A DNA stretch of 63,877 nucleotides, the filler included, from Welwitschia mirabilis (taxonomy: Eukaryota), in the NCBI GenBank assembly GCA_051453625.1. It is 6 parts of one record of this genome, joined end to end, with 100 filler letters (N's around TTAATTAATTAA, not from the genome) between each part and the next. Parts side by side here need not be neighbours in the genome. Positions count along the whole stretch, not along the records: positions 34,058 to 56,135 come from JBOZIK010000001.1; 5 more parts are not named here. One strand, 5' to 3'. The notes below the pieces were generated by a model, which saw nothing but the letters and a program-made list of their open reading frames with translations, had not been told where the DNA came from and made no database searches. Made by a program: the position numbers and the translations under genes. Positions 36,831-50,460 of this stretch are shown here, in pieces. Each line of letters starts with the position of its first letter. Within the stretch, counting starts at the first letter, position 1.

Positions 36831-39800
36831 TATTAGGTTGTTGAATAGAGGATTTAAAAAATTAATTGCAAATAGCCTTAAGATCATAAAAGGAAATGCT
36901 AAAGATGAAGACACCAACATTTATAGTGGTTTGGCAATCAACCTGCTCCACTCTCAGGGGGTACCAACTGCTATCAGCCTACTGGTTCTATTAGCTCAAT
37001 AGATCTACACCATCTCCTCCTTTTTCCTCTTCACATCCAGGAAAGAGGTAGGACAATACAACAAAGCTCAACCCGGTGAGCAATCAGATCAGAAGTGTCT
37101 AAGAGAGAGGATTTGATGGAGAGGTGCCTTGACAATGCATAGTACATCAGCAATGTGGAATATACAAGAAGATGATAGCCAATTTAGCTCAGAATAGTTC
37201 CCTTTAAACATGAGATGATACAATGTAAGTACAGTTACATCAGATTTGATCTTCTATTTACACTTTTCCTACGAAGTAGATGTTGTAGTCTGTCTTGAAA
37301 GAGGTGATGCTTTAGAAAACACATTGCAGACCAATAGTGACCCTTTTTTGCATTGGAAAAACGCATTGGGCAGCCAAACGGATCTGAAGTTCTGCTATAA
37401 CATTCCTCTGGTCGGATGTTCCATATTAGGTGGGACGTCCCACATTTTTAATGTAGGAACTACTTGGACGTCTAGAGCTGAAGGTCAGACGTGCCAACTT
37501 TTTGATGTGAGAACTACTCGGACATCCCAGATAAAAAACTCAAACGTCCCTCTTTTGACTTCACTAAGGATAATAAGTTTGTTCACGGAACGTCCTAGAC
37601 CAATGTGTTGGATATCCCACTTTCAAAGCTATTCTGCTTATATCCGTGGATAGTATCGGACGTCCTAGTGGGAATGGTCGGATGTCCCAACATACATTGG
37701 TTCTTGAACTTAGCATTTTGTGCCTCTGATACTACTTCGTCTAATTCTACGAGCTTCTTGGTGTTCATCATTGGAACTTGTTTACTTTTGATATCTTCAC
37801 AACAGTCTTCCCCTTTTCAATGATGACAACAAGCTNNNNNNNNNNNNNNNNNNNNNNNNNNNNNNNNNNNNNNNNNNNNNNNNNNNNNNNNNNNNNNNNN
37901 NNNNNNNNNNNNNNNNNNNNNNNNNNNNNNNNNNNTGTTCATCATTGGAACTCGATTACTTTTGCTATCTTCACAACAGTCTTCCCCTTTTCAATGATGA
38001 CAACATGCTAAGATTATGTCAAAAAGTTTTTAAACAGGAGGTTGATAACAATTTGCTGGTCTCCCCATGAGTTGTATCCTTTAAAGTACTGTGGAGTTCA
38101 AAGACCGCAAGCATCGCAATCAACCTGAAGCACAAATTTATCTGCACTTGAAGTTTGTTAGACCACGGATAAATAATATCATAATAATTAAAAAAATTCT
38201 GATGATAATCATATTCAAACAGATATTTCTTTGCAAAGATTTGTAGACACAATTCAGAACAGGAATTTGCTTTCTATTAGAATGATGATTCATTACAAAA
38301 GATTGAGGGAGGATAAATAAAGTGTACAAAGTATAGATTGAGAACTTCTTCCCCTTTGTCATCATTAAGAAGAAATAAGTGTAGGAGTAGGAGAGTACAA
38401 AAAGATACGAGGAGAGGGTAGGTAATTAATCAGAAGATTCTGCATGAGAGGGACCCTCTACTTGGGGTGGTGGAGCCTGCTCTTCCTCTTCATCTGATCT
38501 AAGAGGAATATCAAAACCATAAGCTGATAGTCTGAATAAAATTCTATCCAATTTGCGATCTATTTTCTGCATGGTCTTAAGGAGTACTTTATTAGGTACT
38601 TCTGATGCTGTGGAAGTCTCATTGACCCTTTTTCTTTTGGAGGAGGCTGAAGGGCTAGACCAATAGTTTTTGAGAAAATATTCATCTTCTTTAATGAAGA
38701 TGCATCCAATGATTTCAATACTTTCACAAACTCTTCATCTTTATCAATAGAGAACTCCAAATTCATTAGAAGAGCAGTAACTAATCCTCCGAATGGCAGA
38801 CTAGCATTGTTAGCAATGAAGAACTGGCTCATGTATGTCATAATAAATTTGCAAAAATTAAATCCTACACCTTGTCTGATACAATACATAATATGGTCAC
38901 AAGCAGGAGAGATCTCATCTTTGTGACCAAACTTGGGAACTATACTATGTGTGCAAATCTGAAAAATTACTCTATAAAAAGGCTGGAGATGATTAGTAGG
39001 AATGTTTATTTTACATTCAACATGTTTTCCAAATAATTCATGATTCAAGTCATTGTTGGGAATGGCTTCTTCAAGAGACTGAATTGANNNNNNNNNNNNN
39101 NNNNNNNNNNNNNNNNNNNNNNNNNNNNNNNNNNNNNNNNNNNNNNNNNNNNNNNNNNNNNNNNNNNNNNNNNNNNNNNNNNNNNNNTTCTTCAAGAGAC
39201 TGAACTGAGGTTATATTGTAAAAACTACCAGCATTTGGGAAACCAGTAACCTCACAAATAATATCTAGAGTTATTTCTATATTTTTCCCATACACTATAG
39301 ATGTGACTTTATTATTATACCTATCTAAGTGACCATTGGAATAAAAAGGTCGTACGATTTTCACTGAACCTCTAGTATCTGAGTCCAAAAAAAGCATATT
39401 GCCACTGTAGAGCCTCGAATTTGTGGAATATCTAGTGTTCATGCCTAAAAGATTCCAAATCAATTCTCATCTTAGGAGTAAGGGGCCTCTTGGAGAAGCA
39501 GGTGANNNNNNNNNNNNNNNNNNNNNNNNNNNNNNNNNNNNNNNNNNNNNNNNNNNNNNNNNNNNNNNNNNNNNNNNNNNNNNNNNNNNNNNNNNNNNNN
39601 NNNNNNNNNNNNNNNNNNNNNNNNNNNNNNNNNNNNNNNNNNNNNNNNNNNNNNNNNNNNNNNNNNNNNNNNNNNNNNNNNNNNNNNNNNNNNNNNNNNN
39701 NNNNNNNNNNNNNNNNNNNNNNNNNNNNNNNNNNNNNNNNNNNNNNNNNNNNNNNNNNNNNNNNNNNNNNNNNNNNNNNNNNNNNNNNNNNNNNNNNNNN

Positions 39801-42800
39801 NNNNNNNNNNNNNNNNNNNNNNNNNNNNNNNNNNNNNNNNNNNNNNNNNNNNNNNNNNNNNNNNNNNNNNNNNNNNNNNNNNNNNNNNNNNNNNNNNNNN
39901 NNNNNNNNNNNNNNNNNNNNNNNNNNNNNNNNNNNNNNNNNNNNNNNNNNNNNNNNNNNNNNNNNNNNNNNNNNNNNNNNNNNNNNNNNNNNNNNNNNNN
40001 NNNNNNNNNNNNNNNNNNNNNNNNNNNNNNNNNNNNNNNNNNNNNNNNNNNNNNNNNNNNNNNNNNNNNNNNNNNNNNNNNNNNNNNNNNNNNNNNNNNN
40101 NNNNNNNNNNNNNNNNNNNNNNNNNNNNNNNNNNNNNNNNNNNNNNNNNNNNNNNNNNNNNNNNNNNNNNNNNNNNNNNNNNNNNNNNNNNNNNNNNNNN
40201 NNNNNNNNNNNNNNNNNNNNNNNNNNNNNNNNNNNNNNNNNNNNNNNNNNNNNNNNNNNNNTGTGACTAATCTTGGGAACTATATTGTGTGTGCAAATTT
40301 GAAAAATAACTCGATAAAAGCGCTGGAGCTAATTAGTCGGGATGTTTATTTTCCATTCCACATGTTTTCCACATAACGCATGAGTTAATTCATCTTTTGG
40401 AATGGCTTCTTTAAGAGATTGAACCGAGGTTATATTATAAAAACTACCAAAATTGGGAAAACCAATAACCTCAGAGATTATATCTAGAGTTATCTCTATA
40501 TTTTTCCTATAAACTCTAGATGTGATTTTATCATTATATCTGTCTAAGTGCCCATTGCAATAAAAAAGTCATACTATTTTTACTGAGGCTTTGGTGTCTG
40601 GGTCCAAAGCATATTGCCATTCTAGTGCCTCAGACTTGTAGAAGATCTAGAGTTCATGTCTTACAGACTCAAAATCAATTCTCCTCTCAGGAGTAATAGG
40701 CCTTTTGGAGAAGCAAGTGAGCCAGAATTTCTTGTGTTTGGGACCGAGAAACCAATCCTTAGAAGAAGAACTGGCTGCTTCCTTCCCTTTTAGTTGAGTT
40801 GCCAATTTAGTCCTTCCTATTGTAGATTGAAAGCTTGGAATGAGAGAAAGATGGAAGAATGCCATGAGAGATGGAGTATAGAGGAAGGACGAGGAGAACA
40901 AGAGGGAATGAGATTTTGAATTGAAGGAAAGGGTAAAAATCCTTTAAAGTAAGATAGATGGAGCACGGCGTCTTGCATCGCCTTAAAGGCCAGACGTCTG
41001 GGAGCGAGGGTTGGACATTTGAGCTTTAACTTGGTAAATTAGGCAATAAAAATCCAAACATCCGGGAAATGAAGTGGAACGTCCAAGCAAGAACTCGGGA
41101 AAATAGCAGATTGAGAAAGTCAGACGTCCGAGGACATATAGGGGGACATCCGAGAGTTAACTTTAAGAAAAATAAAACAAGGAAGCTCAGACGTCCGAAG
41201 AATAGAGATGAGACGTCCAAGAGTTAACTTGGTAGAAAAGGATATTCAGGCATAAAACAAAAACTTTTAACATAGAAATAAAACTTTACAGACTATTAAT
41301 ATCTACACTATCTAGATGTCGTACAGAAATGATCTGAAATCTTAAAGTCATAGCTCATGGGGATTTACCCCAATGCCCAGATTTTGTCTTAGGTCCTTGA
41401 ATCTTTCTTCATCTAGAGCCTTCGTCATAATAGTTGCAATCTGGCTATTAGTGGATATATAATCAAGCGTAACAGTATTATTTTGAACATGATCTCGTAT
41501 GAAGTGATGTCTTATATCTATGTGTTTGGTATGAGAGTGTTGAATCAGATTTTTGGTTATACTAATGCACTTGTGGTGTCACAAAACATCCTTATAGTTT
41601 CACTCTTTACATCAAAATCTGTTAACATTTGTTTCATGCAAAGTAATTGTGTACAAGATGCACTTGTTGCAATATACTCGACTTCAGCGGTTGATAAGGA
41701 GGTTGTATTTTGCTTGTTACTGAACCATGGGACTAAAGAATTTCCAAGATAGAAACATGGTCCACTAGTGCTTTTCCTGTTATCTAAACAACTAGTCCAA
41801 TCTGCATCACAGTATCCTATTAAATCAAGAGAGGTATCATAAGGATATAATAACCCATGATCTTGTATGTATTTGATATATCGAAAGATTCTCTTGACAC
41901 ACATCAGATGTTATTCTTTGAGATCTGATTGATATCTAGCACAAACTCCTACACTATGAGCTATATCAGGCTTGCTTATTGTCATGCATAAAAGACTTCC
42001 AATCATACCTCTATATAGTTTTTGGTCCACCCTTTTTTTCTCCTTCATTTTTTGATATTTTCACATTTGTGGAAGAGGGAGTTTTAATATCTTTCGACTC
42101 CATCATACCATATTTCTTTAACATGTCTCTAGCATACTTAGATTGGCTTATGAACATTCTAGATTTGGTTTGTTTGATTCGTAAACCCAAAAAGAAGTTT
42201 AGTTCTCCTACTAGACTCATTTCGAATTCTTGTTGCATCATTTCAGAGAATTTGTCAGCTAGAATCGATTTTGTTGCACCAAAGGCAATATCATCCACAT
42301 AAATTTGTACTATCAAAATATCCTTCTTATCTCGTTTAATGAAAAGAGTTGGATCTGCATTTCCTTTAGAGAATCCTTTTGATATAAGAAATGAGTTTAG
42401 TTTGTCAAACCATGCTCTTGGAGCTTGTTTGAGCTCATAGAGAGCCTTGTTAAGTTTGTATACATGGTTGTAAGTTTTGGATCTGTAAACCTGGGTGGTT
42501 GAGCAACGAAGACTTTTTCATTAATATACCCATTTAAGAATGCACTCTTAACATCCATTTGGTATAACTTAATCTTATGAAAACAAGCAAAGACTAGTAA
42601 CATCCGGATTTCTTTGATTCTTGTAACAAGAGCAAATGTTTCACCATAGTCAGCTTCTTCCTGTTGGCAATAACTTTGGGCTACTAATTTGGCTTTGTTT
42701 TGCACTATGAGGTGATGTTCATTCCTTTTGTTCTTGAAGACACACTTTATTCCAATAACATTTTTGTTTAAAGGGGCTAGAACTAGGTCCCAAACTCTAT

Positions 42801-43775
42801 TCCTTTCAAATTGATTTACTTTTTTTGTAGGACCATCATCTAGGCCTTATCATGTTCTGCCTCTTGAACGGTGTTGAGTTCTAACTTAGGAACGAAACAT
42901 AGAAAACTATGATTGATGTGCTTTTTGCTTCTTGTGGTTGTACCTTGGATTGGATTACTGACAACAATAGTTTCTGAATGATCTCTTCTTGTTCTGAGAG
43001 GGAGAGATGAACATCTATTTGTGCATTTCTCTTCGCTGTTGGAAGAGGATGGTTGGTTATCTGATCTAGCTTCTTCTTTAGTGGTTTCTATAATGCCTTC
43101 TTCTTCATTATCTCTTCTATGTTGTTTGGGAGGTTCTTGAGCACTCTCTTCTACTCTAACATGGGCTGACTCCTCTGCTCTGTTGGAGGCTTTGTTAAAA
43201 AGTCTGTAAGCTTTACTAGTTGAAGAGTATCCCAGAAAAATTCTTTCATTTGTTTTGGAATCAAACTTTCCTACAAGATGTTCATCTTTAAGAATACAAC
43301 ACTTACTCTCAAACACTTTAAAGTAATTCACTAGAGGTTTCTTGCCTTTCTAGAGCTCATAAGTGGTTCTTTTAGTATTAGGCCTAAGAAAAACTCACCT
43401 GCAGATATAGCAGGTAATATTAATTGCTTTAGCCCAAGGCTGTTGAGGCAAGGATTGTTAATTTAGCATAGTCCTAACCATTTCAATTAAAAGACGATTT
43501 TTACGTTCAACAACTGCATTTTGTTGAGGAGTTCTAGGGACTGAGAATTGATGATCTATTCCATGAGAGTCACAAAAGTTTTCAAACTTTTCATTGTCAA
43601 ATTCTCCTCCTCTATCAGAACATATAGATTTAATGTTATGCTCCTTTTCATTCTGGACCTTTTTGCCTATTTTCGGAACATGTCAGAAGTTTCATCCTTG
43701 CTAGTTAGAAAAGCTAACCAAGTAAATCTTGAAAAATCATGAACGACAACTAAGAAATCCCTTTTTTCTTCTTAT
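36831..43775 (-). mobile_element. Sirevirus-like copia element(s): 3'LTR, PPTs, env-like ORF, RNaseH, RT, integrase
   Basis: LTR with GGACGTCC array (37410-37690); PPT at about 37807; env-like ORF 38430-39500 and 40262-40825; RNaseH GYCDADWTSCLDNRKSTSG...SLSTAEVEY; RT YQMDVKSAFLNGYI, QIYVDDIAFG; integrase PRTPQQNAVVERKNR, IFLGYS. Confidence 0.9.
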
Positions 43776-43780
43776 GCTGT

Positions 43781-46700
43781 GACAAAGGTAATATGGTTAT
43801 GTTTAATAAAAATAAATGTGTTGTTAAAAATGTAAAAAAGTTATTTTAGTTGCCTCTAGAACAGGTAATCTGTACTCTATTGGAGGTAAATCACACAATG
43901 GGGAAATGTGTGGTTTCACTCAAGAAAGTGAAGAAAGGCTATGGCACAGAAGGATGGGGCACTTCACTGTTGAAAATCGGAAGACCATATCTTAATAGAA
44001 ACTGGTAAGAGGCTTAATGAAACTAAATTTTATAATTTTTGATTCTTGTGAGCATTTTCAAATAGGGAAAATATCAAAGTCATCATTTAAACTTAAAAGG
44101 GGTATCTAACAAAAGAACCATTAGATATGCTACATTTAGGTCTTGTGGGTCCTACAAAGGTAAGATGTCTTGGAGATAAGAGAGTCTTTATGGTAATTGT
44201 TGATGATTTCACGAGATATAGATGGGTTGAATTCCTATACTTAAATTCGGATGCTTTTAACAAGTTTTGTAGACTATGTAGGAAATTTCAAAATGAAAAG
44301 GGATGTGCTATAAAGAGAATTAGATCAGACCATTAGGTGAGTTTGATAATGAAAGCTTTATTAATTTTTGTGATAACTATGGCATTTTTCATCAGTTTTT
44401 AGCCCCAAGGATTCCACAACAAAAAGAGTTGCAGAAAGAAAGAATAGCATGCTAATAGAAATGGCAAGAACAATGCTTGGTGAGCCCAACTTTCCAAGAT
44501 GGCTATGGGAAGAAACCGTAAGCATTGCATGCTATATATCTAACAAAGTTTTCTTGAGATCCAATACTCAACTCACCTTGAGATCTGGTATTCAAAGCAC
44601 CCCTTATGAGCTATGAAATGGTAAGAAATAAATGGTAAGTTATTTTAAAGTTTTTGGAAGTAAATGCATTATATTGAATGACGAGAACCAAGCAAATTTT
44701 AGCCCAAATGTATGTATGGTATGTTTCTTGGCTATGTGGATATGTGAAGCCAAATTTATTCTTTTGTATAATCCCTAATGTTATGCTTTTATGTTGGCCC
44801 CACTTTAATATTGTAAAAGGAGGTTTCTATTTAAAACAATCCTTGGGGGTGTTAGGTAGAGATGGGACATGTGTCAAGAGAGGGATGGTCCCTTCTTTAG
44901 GGTTTTGGCTTGTAGCCCTAATTGGTTGTAATGCTTGGCCTATTTAAAGGTGGTGTGAGGGTTGTGTGATACAGAGTTGATAGAGTTCTGTGAAGCATTG
45001 TTGCTTGAAGGCTCTTGTTGGCTGGAAGCCTGTTCTTGGCTTATAACTTCTAAGATTGATAATAGAGCTCTGCATTGCTTTCCTGTGGTTTTCCCCCTTA
45101 TTGGAGTTTTCCACGTAACTTGTTACGTCTTTGTTTTCTCTTGCTGCATTGTTTAATCACTTTGCTGTTGTGTGTTTGTGTAAAAGGCTATTCTTCAAAG
45201 AGCAAAGCTTATAGGGTTTTTAACTCTAACACTAATAAAGTTGAAGAAACTATCCACATAAGAGTTTTTGGAATCTAATAGTGGAGACATGATTGATTTA
45301 GAAGGAGAAGATGATATCTTATTAGTTTATCCTAACACTAGTCAACCTCAAGCTAGCAGCGAAGATGCTTTAAGTAAAGAACTTGAGGAGGGTGACAATC
45401 GAGCTCTTAACTATTCTACTGTTCAAAAAAGCACAAATCTATGTCTTAGAACTAAAAGGGATCATCGAATGGAACAAATCATTGGAGACCTCAAATCTAG
45501 AGTACACAAAAAGAGTTATAAACAATGTTTGTGCACACTTTTGTTTTGTCTCTCACATTGAACCCAAGAACGTAGTTGAAGTTGAACAAGATGAGTAATC
45601 AATAGAAGCAATGTAAAGCGAGCTAAATCAATTCAAAAGAAATGGAGTATGAGACTTAGTCCCAAGGCCAAAAGGTAAACACATCATTGGTCTTAAATGG
45701 ATTTTTAAAAGTAAGCTGGATGAAATAGGTATCGTTATGCAAAACAAGGCTCAATTGGTGGCACAAGGCTCCAATCAGGAGGAAGGTATAGATTATGGTG
45801 AGACCTATGCCTTTGTGGCTAGGCTTGAATCTATTAGATGTTTGCTAGCTCATGTTTGTGCTATGAACATTCAATTATTTCAAATGGATGTAAAGAGTGC
45901 TTTTTTCAATGGGTACATAAAAGAAGTAGTGTTTGTTGAACAACCACCTGGTTTTGTTGATTCCAAATTTCCAACAATCTTGATCATGTGTTTAAGCTCA
46001 AGAGGGCACTATACGGACTCAAACAAGCTCCTAAAGCTTGGTATGAGAGGCTGTCCAAATTCTTAATAGGCCATGGTTTCAAGTGTGGTAATGTTGATCC
46101 TACTTTGTTCATTAACAAGTTTGGTAATGATGTACTTATCATTCAGGTTTATGTTGTGATATTGGAACTCTGACATTGGAATTTTCAAAGGCTACGCACA
46201 AAAAATTTGAGAGGAGTATGTGTGATGAACTTAATTTCTTCCTAGATTTGCAGATTAAACAACTTGATATGGCATATTTATAAGTCAATCGAAGTATGTT
46301 AAATAACTTCTCACCACATAGAAACTTGAGATGACCAAGAATGTTAGTAGACCCATGTCTAGATCAACAAAGATTGACAAGGATGATGCAAGTAAATTGG
46401 TAGATTTGAGGCTCTGTAGAGGTATGATTGGTACTTTATTGTATTTGACTTCAAGCTGGCTTGACATTGCTTTAACTATGGGAATCTGGGCAAGATATCA
46501 ATCCAATCGTAAAGAATCCCTCTTTACTGCTGCTAAGAGAATATTTAGATACCTCAAGCATGCATGTAATTTTGGCATCTAGTTTCCATGAGACACTTCA
46601 CTTGATATGGTTGTATATAGTGATGCAGATTGGACTGGATGCACGAATGATCAAAAGAGTACAAGTGGTGCATGTTATTTTTTGGGTAATTGTCTCATAG

Positions 46701-46880
46701 TATGGGTTCCAAGAAACAGAGTTCCACATCTTTGTCCACTGTAGAAGTTAAATATACATCAGCTAGAGCATGTTGAATGCAATTACTATGGATGATGCAT
46801 AGTCTACATGACTGTGCAATGGACATGAGAATGGCTCAATTATTGTGCGATAATACGAGTGCCACAAACATTTTTGCAAC
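43781..46880 (+). mobile_element. Sirevirus-like copia pol fragment (GAG-pre-integrase, INT, RT, RNaseH), decayed
   Basis: LWHRRMGH (about 43939), MLHLGLVGP...IVDDFTRYRWV...IRSDH, NKAQLVAQG...QMDVKSAFFNG, LYGLKQAPKAWY, YSDADWTGC...KSTSG. Confidence 0.88.
44735..45185 (+). repeat. Solo LTR (same family as the LTRs of 32407-34250) inserted into the integrase FLGYS motif
   Basis: Perfect 5-bp TSD GGCTA (44730-44734, 45186-45190); starts TGT; shares gtgaagccaaattt...taatattgtaaaaggagg with 32417-32500. Confidence 0.88.
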
Positions 46881-47598
46881 TGTGTATGTGCAGTTGGAAA
46901 TGCAAGGGTTGCCACAAGATTGAAGAAGAAACTGCTTTAAGAATCCAAAATTCCCGATAAAGGAGCTAGGGTAGAGATCACTAAATAGTATTGTCATGTG
47001 ACATGTCATATCAAAGTGTAATAGCAAATGTTGGCAAAGTACATGCACAAGGGCAGTGCATTCTTTCTTGTATCCATTAATAAGTGTGACTATAAAGAGA
47101 TCTCTGAGAGAGAAAGTCTTGTTGTGGCATGCCAGGGCTGTTCATAAGACTACTGACTGAAATGCTCCAACACTGAAGCAGCTAGTGGCACAAACTTGAT
47201 GCTAAAGTTGTTGGATGGAATGATGGCTAAATAAACTTAATTTGGAGCATCTTAATTCCCACGTGTTAAATGCATTCTGATCCAAGCCTAATTGGGTGAA
47301 TTAGGTTTCAAACTATAGGTTTTGAGTCCAGTGCAGGAAATCTTTGAAGGATCTGCCATTGTGCTAGGTCACGAAGTTATGGTTTCAAGTATTCAGAGCA
47401 ACTTGCCTTCAACACCACTCTAACCTTGAAAGTCTAACTTAGGATATTTTGGGTAATCATAGACCTATATTTTTTCTGTTTTTCAATTTCATTTAATATT
47501 TCCAAATCAAAATTAATTTGAACTACCGGTTGATAAAAATTTGTGTTTTTACCTTATTACATTTCTTTTTATTCAAATGACCAGTCTCTCTGTTGTAG

Positions 47599-47671
47599 AG
47601 TATATGAAGCCTAACACAGAGAGCTATAATTGGGTCTTCCAAGCTCTTGTACGAGATACATCACAAGATAG
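47599..47671 (+). CDS. PTAC3: pTAC3-like internal exon (73 nt)
   Basis: Acceptor ctctctgttgtag|AG; G+AG completes a Glu codon in phase with the previous exon; reads EYMKPNTESYNWVFQALVRDTSQD(R), matching recalled pTAC3 FMKPDTETYNWVIQAYTRAESYDR; donor AG|gtaatc at 47672. Confidence 0.9.
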
Positions 47672-48499
47672 GTAATCACAGTTGTAATAAAAAATGTCTT
47701 GAGATTTAGTGTTTATGGAATCCATTACTCAGTATATTCGCTTGAAATAGAATACTCAATATTGACAGCTCAAATAAAATGCTTCATGCCTTTGGAAGTT
47801 GTTTCATTTGATGTGTATCTAATTTAAAAATCAGATCTTTTTAGAAACTGACTTGAAGCTTAGTTTGTTTCTTAAATAAGCTGTTGCAATTTTCCTTTTT
47901 ACAGAAATCTTATTCTTTGCCTTATTCCAAAAAACTTCAAATGTAAACCTTTGAGGATGTCTTATACATTTCCTTAGGATATATTTATTAACTGTGCCCT
48001 CCCCTGTGTTTGCGTTCTTGGTGTGTTAAGTTATAATAAACTGATATAGTTATCAGACAAGAATATGGATCCTTAGAGAGAGGTGAATGCAGGTGACTAA
48101 AACTTTAATGAAATGACAATATGACGTTTGAGAAAATCAAACAAATAATGCCATGCAATCATAAATGTTGGTTTCCAGGTAGATAATAAATAACTTAAAA
48201 CAAATGAAGATTAAGAAGGTTGGCAACCATTCTGTAAACGATTGATTGGAACTACTATGAAATGTGCATAGAAGCACCGAAGGAAATAAAACACCAGAAA
48301 GGCAGATGACAAAAGAGCTACATGCTTCAACCTCCTCCTAGTGTACACCACTGGGAACTGTTGCATGGCTAGCTCTTATATTAACAGTTCAAAAGAAACA
48401 GCCAAGCCATAAATACCTCCAAATCATTTGGTAAACATTTATAACATTCTTCTGAACAAACCACATTGGATGTTGATGAATCCATCCCAAGACCCTTGT

Positions 48500-49230
48500 G
48501 TTTTCAAGATACTAAAAAACTGTAGAATGCGCTTTACAAACTATTGCCACTTTTTGATAGTTGATTGATCACATTGATTAAAATATTTGCTAAGGTGCTT
48601 TCATAAAAATAACCTTAGAAATAATGCCGAGATCACATCACAAATTATTTGGTATCATGGCAATAGAATTCATGATTTGTAGTTGCCACTGCCTTTGGTT
48701 AGGAAATTAACCAAGCTAGGTTGCAGGTGGATTTCATCAACTTGCAAGTTCTGGTTTTTAATGCTTGTTAAATGAAGTGAAAATAAATACCAGTATGCTT
48801 TGTTCTTGCATGAAATGTTACATTCTTGGCAAAGTGAACGAATACTTTTACACTTCCATGTACTCAGCCTACTTGAGATCAAGGCATACAAGAACACATC
48901 TGAACACTACTCAAGTAGACAATCTCTGTGTCTTCTTTGTTAAAGCAATATACTTAGCTTTTGTGTGAAGCGAATTCCCTTGGATTAAAGCCTAGGCATC
49001 AACTGAGAGCACCATCTCCAACAGTAAAAATGCAACTGTAATTAGATTCCTGAGTATCTGTGCAAGATGCATAGTTAGCCTCCATATAACCAGTGACATC
49101 CAAACAAGACCTTCCAAAGTACATAATCAAAAACTGCGAGCCTTTCAAGTATGTTAGAGCTTGCCTAGCTATTATTGGAGTGAAGCCAGCTTTTCCTTTA
49201 ATTTTCCCTTTCATTTGGTGACACACACAA
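48500..49230 (-). pseudogene. Copia RT/RNaseH remnant
   Basis: YLKGS...VTGYMEANYASCTDTQESNYSCIFTVGDGALS (GY.D.D.A...D.R.S..GY.F...GGAISW motif). Confidence 0.65.
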
Positions 49231-50460
49231 TTTGCTCATATCTTATAAAGTCATGTGCATTGAGATTAATTGAATTAGGTTAAAAAAAAAAAGGGCCAAT
49301 TTACTTTTGAGTCTCATCCCTCATATTCGGGTTTAATGTGAGTTAGGGATGTTTGTGGTTCAGGGAAGATGTATGGTTTAACGGTAAACCTATTTTGATC
49401 TCTTCACTTGAGTGATTGTTTTCCCTACTTAAGTTATTGGGGACAATTTAAGTCCTTGTGTTTTTTATTGAATAAAGTGCTCTACACTGTTCTGTGGACA
49501 CAAGGAAGAAAGTGCCTGTACTATCTTAAATTTCCATGTGTTGCTTGCTTTTTGCTTTTCATTCTTTGTTGTTTTGCTGTTATCTTTGTCACATTTTCAC
49601 AGCAACTAGTATTAGAGGTGTAGTGTTTGGTTTTGATGAGTAGTGTAGTAGCCATTGATGACAAATATTCTTAAACAAAAAGACCATGTGGATGCCTTGC
49701 AACCGACCAAGCCTTCTAGATTATTGGATGACGATTGCAGAAAGATGAAAACCAAAGCTATGTCATTTATTTGTCCCTATCTTAAAAATGTGTTATTGAC
49801 ATCCTTAGAAAATGAAAAGGATCTGGCTCCGCTTTGGAAGAGATCGAAGGATGGATTCTATAAGGCTCCTAGATTGAATCAATTTCATGTTTACTAGAAC
49901 ATCTTCAATGTGAAGATGAAAGAAAGGGTTACTCTATAGAAATCATCTAGATGAGATGGTTGGAGCCTTTGTGAAGTTTGAGGAATACGGAATCTCATTG
50001 AGCGACACTGTAAAACGTTATGTAGTTTTAAACTTTTTAGCTGAATCAAGGGGACTAAACACAACAAGAATTACTACCTCCATGAGTTCTTGTTCAGTTT
50101 TCTTTCATACAATGATCTTTGTGGCACACAGTGTAGAAAAGAAATTTCCATAGATAAATCCCTTGAAAATGTCTTGGCTGTTGGAGATTGAGGAAGTAGT
50201 AGGAGATGCGACTAGTCTAGGAGGAGTAGTAAGAGGAGAGGAACCTCTCATGGTAGGAATGCTGAGTGTTTGTTCTCCGAAGAAGGAGGATCATGTTAAA
50301 AATGGAATGAGAAGCCTTAAAGATATAGAAGTAGGTAAAAGAAGTTGTAGTGAAGAACTTGAACAATAAGATAACTCAAATTAGACAGATGAATATGCAA
50401 GTTTGGTGTTTATCTACTTTGATTCTCTTGCAAATATGTCTCAAGAGTTTGATGATGTTT
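49230..50460 (+). mobile_element. Tork-like copia 5'LTR + degenerate PBS + gag remnant
   Basis: LTR-like end ...cagca, then tagtattagag (degenerate TGGTATCAGAG) at about 49607; gag DDDCRKMKTKAMSFICPYL...LWKR...NVKMKE, similar to the gag at 33670-33950. Confidence 0.6.
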
